Origin: Octopus vulgaris
Taxonomy: Eukaryota
Length of the DNA stretch: 64,000 nt
Reading direction: 5' to 3'
Assembly (NCBI GenBank): GCA_951406725.2
Contig: OX597820.1
Coordinates: 7,440,001 to 7,504,000, forward strand
Shown here: positions 24,615-37,975 of the stretch, piece by piece
Layout of the letters: each line of letters begins with the position of its first letter
Numbering within the stretch: the first letter of the stretch is position 1
The notes under the pieces: generated by a model
What the model saw: only the letters and a program-made list of their open reading frames with translations
The model's database searches: none
Told to the model about the DNA's origin: nothing
Translations under genes and position numbers: made by a program

Positions 24615-24960
24615 CGCGCCCCCGTTTAGGTAACGTTTGAAAACCTCTTTTAGGATAACAGAACGGCGCAACATCACGTATGGCGCTTAAAATAGAAGTA
24701 ACCCATACATAATTAAATGGAAGCCCTCTGAACGACAGGGGACTTTTATAAACGGGAGCAAAAGATGTAAGCTTTGCTTAGCAGAGAGGGCAAGAACAGT
24801 AAAAATACTCGCTCGACCCGGAGATTTTCATAAACTCAAAGGACGAAGTATTCTGTCAATGCCCGCATCTGCAAAGTTTCCTCCTTCAGATTTGGAATTC
24901 CTCATTCGTTGAATAGTACCCACCACGGATCCTTCGATGTAAGCAGGATAACCCTGTTCC
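24615..24960 (+). mobile_element. Penelope-like GIY-YIG C-terminal fragment
   Basis: NPYIIKWK..FINGSKRCKLCLAE..INSKDEVFCQCPH resembles the IKW..KRC.LCL.EK..LN...E...C.H tail of Penelope-like endonucleases. Confidence 0.7.
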
Positions 24961-25582
24961 ACCTGCAGTACGGACAATTATTATTTTTTGTCGTTGTTGT
25001 TGTTTACAAAACCAACATACCATCACGTATTTCTTCCTCTAGTTGTAGAGAGGTTGTGCATCTTCATTTGAATCAGACAAGTTACTGATATTGCTAAGCG
25101 CTTTATAGATACGAAACCAATGGTCACTCTATGACCGGGCGTAACTTTTAACTGCCTAAATATACATATGCGCGCGCGCGTGTGTGTTCTATTGAAATAA
25201 TACATCCACAGACACACACACACAAACACCCACACATACATCAATTGTTTAATTTGTGTTCTAAGAATTCTGGCCAGCAATCAAGTGTTGTAAAAAGGTA
25301 TTTTTATATTTTAGATGAGTCATATTAACGGTTATATGTACAAAAGCATTCTCTATGATTCCCATTCCTGTTGCTGATAGACGTGATATTTCCAGAAATT
25401 TCCGTCTTACCTTTTTCTTGGGGTTTAAATTCTTCAGTTGACTGTTCTTCTGATGCTTAAGTTTCACCTCCACGTGAAACACGACACCTATCGTCATCTT
25501 ACTGTTCGGGATATAAATTGTTTTATTACTTGCTGTGATTGCTGTCAACTTGTCAACGCAAGAACATTTCTATGTGTTTGTT

Positions 25583-25629
<47 letters not shown>

Positions 25630-25698
25630 GTGTGGCAGTTGAATTTAGTCGGTTTTAAGTTTATCATTTCCTTGCCTTTTATTATTATAATGGTTAAA

Positions 25699-26145
25699 GT
25701 GGGGAGCTCGTAAAATCATCAGTTCGCTAGAAGAAATGTCTTGCGGCGAGCTGGCATAAGGCGGCGAGCTGGCAGAATCGTTAGCACGCCGGGCGAAATT
25801 CTTAGCAGTATTTCGTCTGCCGCTACGTTCTGAGTTCAAATTCCACCGAGGTCGACTTTGCCTTTCATCCTTTCGGGGTCGATTAAATAAGTACCAGTTA
25901 CGCACTGGAGGCGATATAATCGACTTAATCCCTTTGTATGTCCTTGTTTTTCTCCTCTGTGTTTAGCCCCTTCTGAGTAGTAAAGCAATAGGCATTCACC
26001 TTCTGAGTTCAAATCCAGCCCGGTCAATTCGCCTTCAGACCTCCGGATTCGATAAAAATTTGGTACCAGTGGTGTATTGGGGTCGACGACATCGACTAAA
26101 CCGTTCATCTAAAAACGTTTGTCCTTGTGCCTCAATCTCAAGCCC
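25699..26145 (+). mobile_element. Young SINE A (25758..25992) nested inside an old SINE A
   Basis: Degenerate head 25699..25747, intact copy, then degenerate remainder 25993..26145. Confidence 0.85.
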
Positions 26146-26559
26146 CATCACTATGGCGGTTCTAGCTGTGGATGTATTATTAATCTGTTTATTCTTTTTG
26201 TTGAAAGTAGAGGTCGGTCAAATTTGCCTTCCTGTATTGCTTCTTCTGCTAAAATCCCTCGAAATGTTGGATCTTTTAGATTTGCCTAAAGGATTTTTAC
26301 TTCAATATTTTTATTGATCAATTTTGTTACCATCCAGCATATTCGTAATGATTATGTTTGCTTCTTTTTGTGGTACTCTTGCCAATTGTCCCCAATCATT
26401 TTGATACGCTGTAATTTGTTTCCCTATATAGGTTATAATAGTTTATTTACCTCAAAGATTAGCTCCTTACCTTCTACGTGGGAAGATGATATATATCATT
26501 TGACCTATAAGGGGTACTGCCAACAACTTGCAGGCCCTTGATCGCATTACTGGAACTCC

Positions 26560-27760
26560 GTCAAGACTGGTTTGCGCAATCCAAAACTTCAGCAACTAGA
26601 CTTGTATTTTCTCTCTATGATTTTACGTTCATTAAAAGAGATGTCTCAGGACGTTTTCGTCAGCGCTGACGATTTCTCAACAGAATCGGTGACTGAAACT
26701 TCTCCTACAAACCTTTCAGTTTGTATTATAGATAATATTAATGTAATACCACTATATTCATCATTTGATATTGATTTTACCGTGGCAAAGTGTGTGGAGA
26801 TAATTTGTGACAGTGATATGTTATTTCATATCAACATGGATGAGCTCCGAATTCTCATAAATCTTGCATGTGATAGTGGATACTCAAAAAGCTTGATCCG
26901 TAAAATGTCTTGCCCTCCCCTCTTGAAATATATCAAGTTAGACAAAGTCCCGTTATTTCGGCAGTAAAGAAAACCCCAATGAACTCTGGAAGGAATGGAC
27001 TAAACCCATCCAAACGCCAAGGGACTACGACCCAATAGATACACTGATGACACATGCTGTTGGGGTCAGCATAAAACTGACACAAAAGTGGTACATATAT
27101 TAATTACACTTATATAACCTTTCCTACTATAGGCACAAAACCGGAATTTGGTGAGGGGAGGAGCCACTCGATTAGTTCGATCCCAGTACGCAAATGGTAC
27201 TTAATTTATCGACCCTGAAAGAATAAAAGGCAAAGTCAACCTCGGCGGAATTTGAACTCAGAACGTAGCGGCAGACGAAATAAGGCTAAACATTTCACCC
27301 GGCGTGCTAACGTTTCTGCCAGCTCGCTGCCTTGTTACACTTATATAATCGGGAGAAGGTTTCAGTTACGCATGGCTGGAGACCTAACCAACCTCTTCAT
27401 TGTATGATAGAGTAAGGAACTCGAGTAAATCATAATAGACAGCTCCATATTTGTAGTAATGTTTTGTTGATACGTCGACGATATAAACATTGTGATCAAA
27501 CCACTGCACAATTAAACTCAATTTTCCATAACATGGAAAATGTCCAGCACATAGGAAACCTCATCGACGAAAGCATTAAGGTGACACTCGAGTACAGATC
27601 CAAAAATCGCAACAAAAAGCAACCAGTTCTAGAAACACGAATACAGGTACAAATAAACGGCAAGGAAAAAATTCTCTACTCATATAAAATGAAATCTATG
27701 GCTGCTAGTTATTTGTCCCTACTTGGTCAACATATGTAAAAATAAATATCTTAATATCGT
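26560..27760 (+). mobile_element. Penelope-like reverse transcriptase relic split by a SINE
   Basis: NVIPLYSSFDIDFTV, AGDLTNLFI, YVDD at 27471..27482, IDESIKVTLEYRSKN..KQPVLE..KILYSYKMK. Confidence 0.7.
27118..27334 (-). mobile_element. SINE family A, tail type 2, with 14-bp TSD
   Basis: TSD TTACACTTATATAA at 27104..27117 and 27335..27348. Confidence 0.92.
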
Positions 27761-28424
27761 GTCTCGGGAGGGGACTAAAACTATAATTTGCGTATGTCTA
27801 CCCTGCGATCTGCGGAAGGATAAATACAGTTTCGTTCCCTGCATGCAATACTCCAGATTCAACCAACGAGATTAGGGCGGAAGGAAGAGAATGACCAAGA
27901 AAATATCAGAAACTATCATCTGCCAAGATGCATGTTCTGTGCATCTAATTCTATTCTACATTGTGATGGGAAGGAAATGTTTGAAGTTAGACAAGAAAAA
28001 AATTCAATTCCGGTTTGTGATATTCAACGGTACTACATCCTTAGGTAAACAACGCCACATTTTTGGACAGATTGCTTTAATGCACTAAATGGAAGTACCT
28101 TCTTCTAGTTTTTGCAGCTTTTCTGCAGTTGATTAGTTCATGTAGATATTATGTGTTACCAGTTTACCAATGGCATCCATTTTTCATACCTTTTGTTGTT
28201 GGGCAATACCTATCTCTCTGCATTCATCTTCATCTTCGTACTTAAAAAAAAAATTAATGAGTTTTTGATCTAACATCAAAATGTCTCATGATGTCTTTCA
28301 CAAATGCCAGCAGGTAGGTGTAATATATCCGCATATATCAAAGAAAGGTGGTAAACTGATCTTAGACCTTAATCGGGTCTATTTTCCTGCTCAAAATAAA
28401 AAAATGTAAATCTAACGGATCCTG

Positions 28425-28680
28425 TGACTGGATCGGTTACACCATACACGTAAATTTTATCCAACCAATCAAGGTTATTTATGCCATTGACAGGTCAAGG
28501 ACATTGGGGAATTGTCCATAATTTCCATCTTGAAGGTACTCTTTTGGAGACTATTTCGACTATCTTGGCCGGCACTCAGAATTCCTCCCAAACCATAGAT
28601 AATCATTGTCGCTCAACAGAGCACAGCGATCAGAAGGCAAAAATCCAGCAGTTACAGGCTCGTATTGCTACAAAACTTTG
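28425..28680 (+). mobile_element. Possible highly decayed Gypsy-type integrase fragment
   Basis: IHVNFIQPIK and ETISTILAG..QTIDN resemble the IHVDF.GP and .PQTIVSDN integrase motifs. Confidence 0.3.
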
Positions 28681-28737
28681 CCTTCTCTTGGACACATGCA
28701 AATGCTATGTTCGGGCACGAAACACAGACTGAATTGC

Positions 28738-28741
28738 GATA

Positions 28742-28772
<31 letters not shown>

Positions 28773-29071
28773 GGAGGAGGAGAAGGAGGAGGAGGATGAC
28801 GACGACGATGATGTTGATGATGAAGATGACGAGGATGATGGAGAAAAATAAAGAGAACAAGAAAAAGAAGAAAAAAGAGGAGAAGGAGGGAGGAGGAGAA
28901 TGAGAAGATGATGATGATAAGGAGGAGGAGGAGGAAGTGGAGGAGAAGGAGGTGCAGGAGCAGGACGAGGCAGAGAAATTGTGGATGCAAAGATAATGAA
29001 ATAACAATAGTTATAATAACAACAATAATATAATACTGACAATAATATTATTAATATCAGCAACAAGACGA

Positions 29072-29142
<71 letters not shown>

Positions 29143-29496
29143 ACGACAACAGAAATAACAAAAATAACAAGAACAACACTTATAATGATAATAATAATAA
29201 TAATGATGATGATGATAATAATAACAATGATAATAATGATAATAATGATAATAATGATAATAATGATAATAATATCGATGATAATAATGACACTGTAATA
29301 GCAATAAAGATAACAGTAATATAGTAATAAGAAGATTAGACAGAAACAAATACCAAAGTCTCGCTGGCAATGAACCGCACTAAAATATTATTAACTTTCA
29401 AAGAAACCAACAAAAAAAATTACAACAACAACAATAATAATGATAATAATAATAATAATAATGATAATAATGATAATAGTAATAATAATAATAATA

Positions 29497-29534
<38 letters not shown>

Positions 29535-29562
29535 AAAAATAATAATAATGATAATAATAATG

Positions 29563-29596
<34 letters not shown>

Positions 29597-29631
29597 TAAT
29601 AATAATAATAATAATAATGATAATAATAATG

Positions 29632-29698
<67 letters not shown>

Positions 29699-29835
29699 TA
29701 ATAATAATGATAATAATAATGATAATAATAATAATAATAGTAATAATAATAATAATAATAATAATGATGATGATGACGATGATGATGATGATAATATTAA
29801 TATTAATAATAATGATAAAAATAATAATAATAACA
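28738..29835. repeat. Compound trinucleotide microsatellite block (GAT/GAG/CTA/TAG/AAT)
   Basis: Direct observation; includes (CTA)n abutting (TAG)n at 29072..29142. Confidence 0.95.
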
Positions 29836-30306
29836 TGATTGTTTTTTTTCTTTTTCATTAAGCTTACTAAAAAAGCCTCAATTGATTTCGTTACTCACTT
29901 CTAAGAATATATTTCCAAGTAAATCTACTTTCTCTTGCAGTTTCTTTATGCTTTCTTTTAGTTTTCTTTTAAAGTTTTTTTTTTTTACTTTTTCGAAAAT
30001 TTCAACTCTCCATTTTGTATTTAGTTTTTATTGTGATTGTTTTTCGATATTTTTTTATTGGTTTATCGCTATTATCTTTGATTTATAATTTCAGTACATT
30101 TCATGTATGTATATATAATATATATATGTATATATATCATAAATACACATATATAGTAATATATATATATATATATGCCTGTATATATACCATATATATA
30201 TACGTAAAATGTATATAATAAATACTGTATAATATATGTGCGTGTATATACACATACATGCAAATGCATATATGCATGTATGTATTTACACATGTGTAAG
30301 TGTGTG

Positions 30307-30341
<35 letters not shown>

Positions 30342-30669
30342 ATGTATATGTATGTACCGATACGCATGCGCACACTCTAAACTGGAGTTCAATTTCTCTT
30401 ATGGTAATACAGTCTATTAGACATTGTTGACGAGAGAAAGAGTTTTAATTGCAATTTAAGTTTTCAATTAACTAATCGATGATAGCTTTATTTTTATGAC
30501 GTCTATGATAGGAGCGGTGGAGATGGCGTAGCAGAGCGGGGTGGTGATGGAGGGGGGTTGGGGTTTTTTTTTGGGGGGGAGGGTCGACGCGGTCGTTGGT
30601 GGAGGTGAATGTAGTGGTGGAGGTTGAGAGTAAGGGTGTGACCATCATAAGGATGATGATGATGATGAA

Positions 30670-30702
<33 letters not shown>

Positions 30703-31069
30703 GAAGAAGGTGGTGGTAGTGGAAAGGAATATGAAAAGTTAGAGGATGATATATATGAGAATGAAGATGTATATATGTTAGTACATGCTTATATATATAC
30801 ATGCTTATATATATACATGCTTATATATATATATATATATCACCATATATCAATGTCTAGACTCATATCTAACTATATATAGTGTGTGTACACATGCAGG
30901 TACACACACACACGCATGTATGTATAGATATATATGCATTTATATATATATGCATATACATATATATATGTATATATATATATATGTATATACATGCGTG
31001 TGTGTGTGTACCTGCATGTGTATACATAGATATTAATGTGTATGTACGGATATGTGTGTATGCCCATGC

Positions 31070-31148
<79 letters not shown>

Positions 31149-31197
31149 CATACATACATGCATACATAAAGAAAGAAAGAAAGACAGACAGACAGAC

Positions 31198-31240
<43 letters not shown>

Positions 31241-32052
31241 AAAAAAGAAAGAAAGAAAGAGACATTTCTTTGTAGAAAGACTAAGAATGAAGTCTCTCCG
31301 TAGCTTTATCCGAAATATATTTTTGTTTGATAAGTTCTAATTTTATTTCACTTTTTCTTTTGTTATTTTTATTTTTAAAACTTTATTTCCCAGCTATATA
31401 TAATATCTTGTGTGTTTGAGTTTATCCCTTTGGCAAGAATTCTGAAGAATTTCTGCCTAATTAACAACGTCATTTGGCATATAAGCAACACATTAACTGA
31501 AGAAATTTGCTCCAATAATGTTAACACTAAGCGATGTTCTCTTCCCGGTCAGAAGTGCTCTCTGCTTTCACAGAATGTGGCGCAAAGTCATTTCACAATA
31601 TTAATTGTAAAGTACTTTAGAAAGTCTAAACTAACAAAGACGATGACATCATCGTCATCATCATCAGCATCCGCCTCATCGTCGTCGTTGTCGCCGTCGT
31701 CGTCATCACCATAATCATCATCTATAACATCAACATCATCGATAACTCAAATAATTATAGTGTTGTTGTTCTTTTACAACAGTAGCAACAACAATGTGAA
31801 AGGTCGTGTGTGTTCAATGTTTCGAAAATTGGAACACCAACAATATTATCATCATCATCATACTCATCATCATAATTATCATTATCATCAACAACATTAT
31901 TATTATTCTATGATTGACTTTTGCTTTACATTTGTACAAGTTGGCACCAAGTCTCACCCAAAGACCTCAAGGGGCAACAAGTTGGAAGTTCAATGCCTAG
32001 GGTACCATATATTTGGTTTTGTACTTAGTGTTGTACTAGTGAATGTATTCTA

Positions 32053-32112
<60 letters not shown>

Positions 32113-32139
32113 GTTATTATTATTATTATTATTATTATT

Positions 32140-32228
32140 CAGTAGTATATTTTTTTTTATTTTTATAGCGTGCTTTCACTTCACTACCGAGCGCAGCTCT
32201 GTGTGCCTTGGGTATGTGCTGTGATTTT
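32140..32228 (-). mobile_element. R4/Dong retrotransposon 3' terminal fragment
   Basis: Same 3' end as the 33604 and 35254 copies (GAGCTGCGCTCGGTAGTGAAGTGAAA..CTACTG) running into (AAT)n. Confidence 0.85.
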
Positions 32229-32291
32229 GCCTTGAGTATATTATTATTATTGTTATTATTATTATTATTGTTGTTGTTGTTGTAGTTGTTG

Positions 32292-32347
<56 letters not shown>

Positions 32348-32374
32348 TTCCGATTGATTTGCCTTTTATTTCAT

Positions 32375-33478
32375 CTTCCAACCGTGTCTCACCCAGAGGC
32401 CTAAGGGCACGTATATATTAGATGAAGAGAAACTTCCTGAGAATATGGGCAGTTGATGTGAACAAAATATTTTGAGTCTCATAGATTGTTGGTTTCCCAG
32501 GGATCTGGTCAAAACATTTGTCACTACATTTCTTGATGATTCCTAGGGCACCTACAACAACCGGGATGGCTTATATCTCAATCTCAAGGTCCTTATATTT
32601 CGACAGCTTTTCAAATTCATTTGCTAAGATGTATCTATGTGAAAGTAATGTCATATGAATCAACAGGTTTGTTTTTGTCTTAAGTCTTTGATAACAATGT
32701 CTGGTCTGTTAACATTTATTTGCCTGTCTGTATGTATCCCATTATGAAATGGTAATATTCTCTCTTTCTCTCAGCGACTGGCTCTGGATGGTGTTCATAC
32801 CAGTTTTTAGGGTGCAGGATGCCAAAGTAACGGCATACGCTCCAGTGCAACTATTGGCCAACTCGATCGTGCCTGGTTTTATATTCTGTAGGGGCAAAGA
32901 CTGAGCAATCGGTAACAATATGGTCAATACTCTCCAGTTTGTCACTACAGTCTACACTTTGTATCTACCTCATTGTGTGTGACATTAGTTTGATAGTTCT
33001 GTGTGAGGAGACTCCGATCTTGCGACGATTCCATAAATCCTTCTGCTTCTGCTTTCAAACCAAAACCCTGCAGTCACTGAAGAGTTCTCTTATCCACATC
33101 AGCTTCCCTGGCGCGTTTTCTGCCCATGCAATGGTTTTTCTTGTCACACTCTCGATATTACATTAGAGCTTTCCTGTTTGACATTTGTTTTACACTTTGT
33201 TGCTGCCTTAATGGGAGGTGTGTCTTCCTTCTTATCATCATAATCAGGCAGGTTAAGCTCTCCTTTATAATTATATGCCCCCTTTGAAATCTGGGGCAGT
33301 TTTCGAATCTGTTTATGTTACCTTATCAACTGTTGCATCCAAACGGTGCTACCTTGTATGTACACCTGAAATCCTATTGTGGTCGTTTTATAGGACGTTT
33401 CAAGTTGGGTTAGGTTTTTGCCGCCTTCCTTTCGTTTCAAGTTGAATTAGGTCTCTACCGCCTTCCAAGTACAAAGAA
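32375..33478 (-). mobile_element. Older R4/Dong copy (zinc finger + restriction-like endonuclease region)
   Basis: GLKAEAEGFMESSQDRSL.TQNY, IHTDRQINVNRPDIVIKD, EKLSKYKDLEIEI, IPVVVGALG. Confidence 0.85.
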
Positions 33479-33485
33479 TTGTTAC

Positions 33486-33590
<105 letters not shown>

Positions 33591-33603
33591 CATTATTATT
33601 ATT

Positions 33604-33829
33604 CAGTAGTTTTATTTTTTATAGCGTGCTTTCACTTCACTACCGAGCGCAGCTCTGTGTGCCTAGGGTATGTGCTGTGATTTGTTGTGATGCTCTGATG
33701 GTTATTGTATGGAAAGTGTTCTGCGTAGGATGTGTGCAGTGCCTAGTAGTGCAATTTTCTGTATGTTATATGTGTTCGTAAGTCCTGGTGTTTTTGTTAT
33801 GTATTTGTCTGAATATTTTTTATCATGCC

Positions 33830-33830
<1 letters not shown>
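33604..33830 (-). mobile_element. R4/Dong 3' fragment
   Basis: Nearly identical to 35254..35470; bounded by (ATT)n on both sides. Confidence 0.9.
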
Positions 33831-33875
<45 letters not shown>

Positions 33876-33904
33876 TTTATTATTGTTGTTGCTGTTGTTG
33901 TTGT

Positions 33905-34060
33905 TATTTGTTTGTTTGACCGAGGAGAAGATATCTCAAGAACCGCTGCACGGATTCGGAAGAAACTTTCAGTATCTCGGGACTGACGCGATCTGATTAG
34001 ATTTTGGGATCGATCCGGTTGTGAACAAAGATTCTAGATTATTTATTATGTTTACTTTAC
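33905..34060 (+). mobile_element. Possible Helentron/HINE-like non-autonomous fragment
   Basis: (TTTG)n followed by GATATCTCAAGAACCGCTGCACGGATT..GAAACTT..GATTAGATTTTGGGATCGATCCGG. Confidence 0.35.
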
Positions 34061-34149
34061 ATGGATTATTACGATCTTACGTTGACAGTCAAGCCTTTCT
34101 CTGACTATCTCCCCTGAAAACACGCTCATGGTTTCCACGTAATTTATGG

Positions 34150-34500
34150 CAGCGTTGATCGATGGAAATTGAACCAAGAAACGAAAAATGTCAATGAAAT
34201 TCTGAAATACATCAGATCAAACGACATCACAGAAGCAAATAATTTGATCAAGGCAGCAAGTATTGTAGCAGAAAACGTGGGTGTCGATGTCAAGAAAAAG
34301 AAACATAATGGGGGTGACACAAGAAAAGATCCATGGTGGAAAAGAAGAATCCAGGCATGGTTAGACATGCTCTCGAAGGAAATCTCTGTGTTAGACCGAA
34401 AAGAGACCTTTTTAAGGTTGCAAAGAATGTCGCTATCGTTCTCCTGTAGTCTTGCCTTTATTCTGTCATAGATTGCCTTTTGTTCGTCTGTCATGTCGCC
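34150..34500. mobile_element. R4/Dong N-terminal ORF fragments in opposite orientations
   Basis: Plus: VDRWKLNQETKNVNEILKYI..ITEANNLIKAAS..DPWWKRRIQ; minus: MTDEQKAIYDRIK..CNLKKV. Confidence 0.65.
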
Positions 34501-34502
34501 AT

Positions 34503-34988
34503 TAGAGCAGTGCATGCCATCAAAGTGACACTGGGGTAAAATATACGAAGCCCAGTATACCCATAATGACTACCCATCTGATAAGGGTACACCAGGCACA
34601 TGCATCACAACCATATGTACGCGACATGATGATCTCATATCAAGATAAACAGCGCATGACATTGCAGGTGGGGGCCCAGCTAGATTTTCCTTCTGGTCGA
34701 ATAGCCCATCCCGCTCAAAAGGTCCCTGAATAAGGATTGTTTAAGGATGTTGAAAGAACCACCCATGTTTCCAAAGGTGAATTATCCAAACCTCCAAGAA
34801 TTCCTTTCAACACACGGCTATGATGCTCCACAACTACTTTTGTTCGTGATCAGAGATGTACATATCGTTAGCCACTTCCAATCAGTTAATATCAGAAGCC
34901 ACGAGGGCCACAGCTTGGCACTGCATCAGCGCATTAAGATCAGAAGCCACGACACCCACTACTTGATACTGCATCAGGGCAGATATTT
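34503..34988. repeat. Unclassified interspersed repeat within the Dong/(TAA)n cluster, ending in a 48-bp direct duplication
   Basis: TTAA.ATCAGAAGCCACGA..CTGCATCAG.GCA occurs twice at 34886..34981; abuts (ATT)n. Confidence 0.45.
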
Positions 34989-34995
34989 ATAATTA

Positions 34996-35042
<47 letters not shown>

Positions 35043-35044
35043 TA

Positions 35045-35152
35045 AGACGTCGCACAGTATCAAATATCGTGATGTTGTTGATGGAAGATACTGTGTCTAC
35101 CGGGAGTTTGTACTGACAGTACTCTACGCAGTATGCGTGCAGTTCCAAACAA
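35045..35152 (-). mobile_element. 3' end of a second Dong-like subfamily
   Basis: LFGTARILRRVLSVQ matches the LLGTAHILRKTLSIQ C-terminus of the main copy; flanked by (ATT)n. Confidence 0.7.
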
Positions 35153-35160
35153 TGATAACA

Positions 35161-35223
<63 letters not shown>

Positions 35224-35253
35224 ATTATTATCATTATTATTATTATTATTATT

Positions 35254-36882
35254 CAGTAGTTTTATTTTTTCACTTCACTACCGAGCGCAGCTCTGTGTGC
35301 CTTGGGTATGTGCTGTAACTTGTTGTGATGCTCTGATGGTTACTGTATTGAAAGCGTTTTGCGTAGGATGTGTGCAGTGCCCAGTAGTGCAATTTTCTGT
35401 ATGTTATATGTGTTTGTAAGTCCTGGTGTTTTTGTTATGTATTTATCTGAATATTTTTTTATCATGCCTAATGCACTTACTATGATAGGAATTATTTCTG
35501 ATTTTAGATTCCACGTTCTGGTTACCTCTATTTCCAGGTCTTTGTATTTTGAGAGTTTCTCCATTTCTTTTAGAGACACGTTGTCATCTGCTGGTATTGA
35601 TACATCAATTAGAAACCTTTTTTTCTTCCTGATCTATTGGCCTTAATTTCTCTATCTGTGTGTATCGGCATATCCCAGAGTATGGTTGCTTTCTCGTTTT
35701 CTGTGACCTTTTCTGGTGTGTGCCTATACCATCTTTTTTCTGTTGTTATTCCATAATGTTGGCATAGCTTCCAATGTATGTAGGTTCCAACTCTGTCATG
35801 TCTGTGAATATATTCCTTCTTAGCCAGGACTGGGCAGCTAGAGATAATATGATTTATTATTTCTTGTCCATCTCCACATATTCTGCAGTTACTCGTAATA
35901 TTTCTTTTCATTACATGTTTTTGGTAATTTCTGGTGGGGAGGCTTTGGTCTTGTGCTGCAATTAAAAATCCCTCTGTTTCTGCTTTGAGTCCTGAGCTTC
36001 TCAACCATTGCTGGGATTTTTCTTTGTCTATTTCTTTTGCGTTTAGTTTAGTGCAGTATTTACCATGAAGGGGTTTTTCTTGCCATCGTTTAATCATGGC
36101 TCATTGCTGTTCTATTTTTAGTTTGGATTTCATTTGTTTTATAGCTTTTGTTGTTTCTTCATCATCTTCTTCTTCTTCTTTGTGTTTATTAGGTGGTATG
36201 ATTTCTTGTTTGTATTTGTCAGCTTCCTTAAATACTGAGAACAGTTTTTTGTTTTGCTCGTGTTTTGCTGCTATCTGGATCAGTTTTCCTTCCTTCTGAA
36301 GTAGGTATTTTTGCAGTCCTATGGTGGTTATTTTATAGTAGTTTTCCAGCTGTATAAGGCCTCTACCACCTTATATACGTTGTATATATAGTCTTTCTAT
36401 GTCAGATTTTGGGTGATGCATCCTAGATCCTGTCAGTATTTTTCTTGTTTTCCTATCTATTTTGGACAGTTCATTTCGTGTCCAGTTAAGGATATTGTAG
36501 CTGTAACTTATAACTGGGACAGCTAAAGTGTTGATACCTATTATCTTGTTTTTAGCATTGAGCTCTGTTTTTAGTATTGATCTAACTCGTCTATAATATT
36601 CTTTTTTTATTTTCTCTTTCATTTGTGTGTGTTGTGTCTTATCTAGTTCATGGATTCCTAAGTATTTGTAAGTTTGGCTTTGGTCTAATTACTTTATTTC
36701 ATTGGTTTTATCTAGTGTGACGTTGTTACTCTTAACTAGTTTTCCTCTTTTCATGGTTACTTTGGCGCATTTTTCTAATCCAAATTTCATATCTATCTCT
36801 TTGGTAAATCCATGAACTGTCTTTAATAGTGTTTCCAGCTGTTTGTCATTTGCAGCGTATAGTTTTAGGTCATTTTAGGTCA
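35254..36882 (-). mobile_element. R4/Dong non-LTR retrotransposon, 5'-truncated at the RT active site
   Basis: DLKLYA, YKYLG, KKEYYRRVRSILKTELN, HHPKSDIERLY, LHGKY, LKAETEGFLIAAQDQ, CRIC..H....C knuckle, RHD, endonuclease region, EKLSKYKDL; (TAA)n on both sides. Confidence 0.95.
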
Positions 36883-36921
36883 TTATTATTATTATTATTG
36901 TTATTATTATTATTATTATTA

Positions 36922-36995
<74 letters not shown>

Positions 36996-37004
36996 AAAGC
37001 AATA

Positions 37005-37190
37005 ATGAGATAGAATTGTTAGTACGCCACGTAAAATGTTTACCGACACTTCGTCCACCTTTGCGTTCTGAGTACAAATTTCGCTAAGGTGGACTTTGTT
37101 ATGTTTTCGGGATCAATAAAATCAGAATTAGCTGAACACCGGGGTCGACTTTACTCCTCCCCTAAACCTGCTGCCCTTTGAAACCAATAT
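37005..37190 (+). mobile_element. SINE family A, degenerate
   Basis: CGTTCTGAGTACAAATTTCGCTAAGGTGGACTTTG and tail-2 remnants. Confidence 0.65.
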
Positions 37191-37743
37191 TATTATGACT
37201 GTTTTTCTTGTGTACCGTTATCTCTACACTAAGGCCAAATGCGCCAGTTGAAAGGAAAGGTAAAGAGTTAAAAGAAAAGAAAGAGAGAGAAAACGACGGA
37301 AACATGTATTGCAAACTACGTGCGATAGTATGTAAGTAATAGTTATTACGCTAAGAGGCCGTTGATTGGTTAGTTCAAGGGAGAAATTAAGAGAGAGAGA
37401 GTCTGTGTGTGTGTGAGTGTGTGTGTGCATGCCTGTGTGTGTGTGTGTGTGTATTTTAGGGATGAATGGAAAGGGTTAAGAATTTCTATTACGTTGTAGA
37501 TTAGTTATTTGAAGAAAGAGGCAGAAAGTAGAAAGAAAGAGATATAAGCATGTTAAGTGCAGGGGAAGCGAGAGAGAGAGAAAGAGAGAGGTAAAGAGGG
37601 AGAGAGAGAGAGAGAGGGTGTCAGTGTTGAGTGAAAGGAACGTGGGAGTGGAAGACATTTACAAGATTGTCAGACGCTGTCTACAAGAATGTCAAAATTG
37701 AATTTTGGTTGTTACAGGTTTCAATATTCAGCTGTTTCTATAT

Positions 37744-37975
37744 ATTTCTTTACTACCCACAAGGGGCTAAACACAGAGGGGACAAACAAGCACAGACAAA
37801 CGGATTAAGTCGATTACATCGATCCCAGTGCATAACTGGTACTTAATTTATCGACCCCGAAAGGATGAAAGGCAAAGTCGACATCGGCGGAATTTGAACT
37901 CAGAATGTAACGACAGGCGTTTTACGGCTAAGCATTTCGCCCGGCGTGCTAACGTTTCTGCCAGCTCGCCGCCTT
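37744..37975 (-). mobile_element. SINE family A, tail type 1, with 17-bp TSD
   Basis: TSD TTCAGCTGTTTCTATAT at 37727..37743 and 37976..37992. Confidence 0.95.

Noticed and set aside
28606-29861. Poly-D/E/N/I/L/H ORFs, and all YIYI/THTH/LSIY ORFs elsewhere in the window
   Set aside because: Translations of microsatellites, open in several frames and on both strands
34876-34930. U2 snRNA resemblance (ATCAGTTAATATCAGA)
   Set aside because: Only ~15 nt similar; no branch-point pairing region, Sm site or overall colinearity
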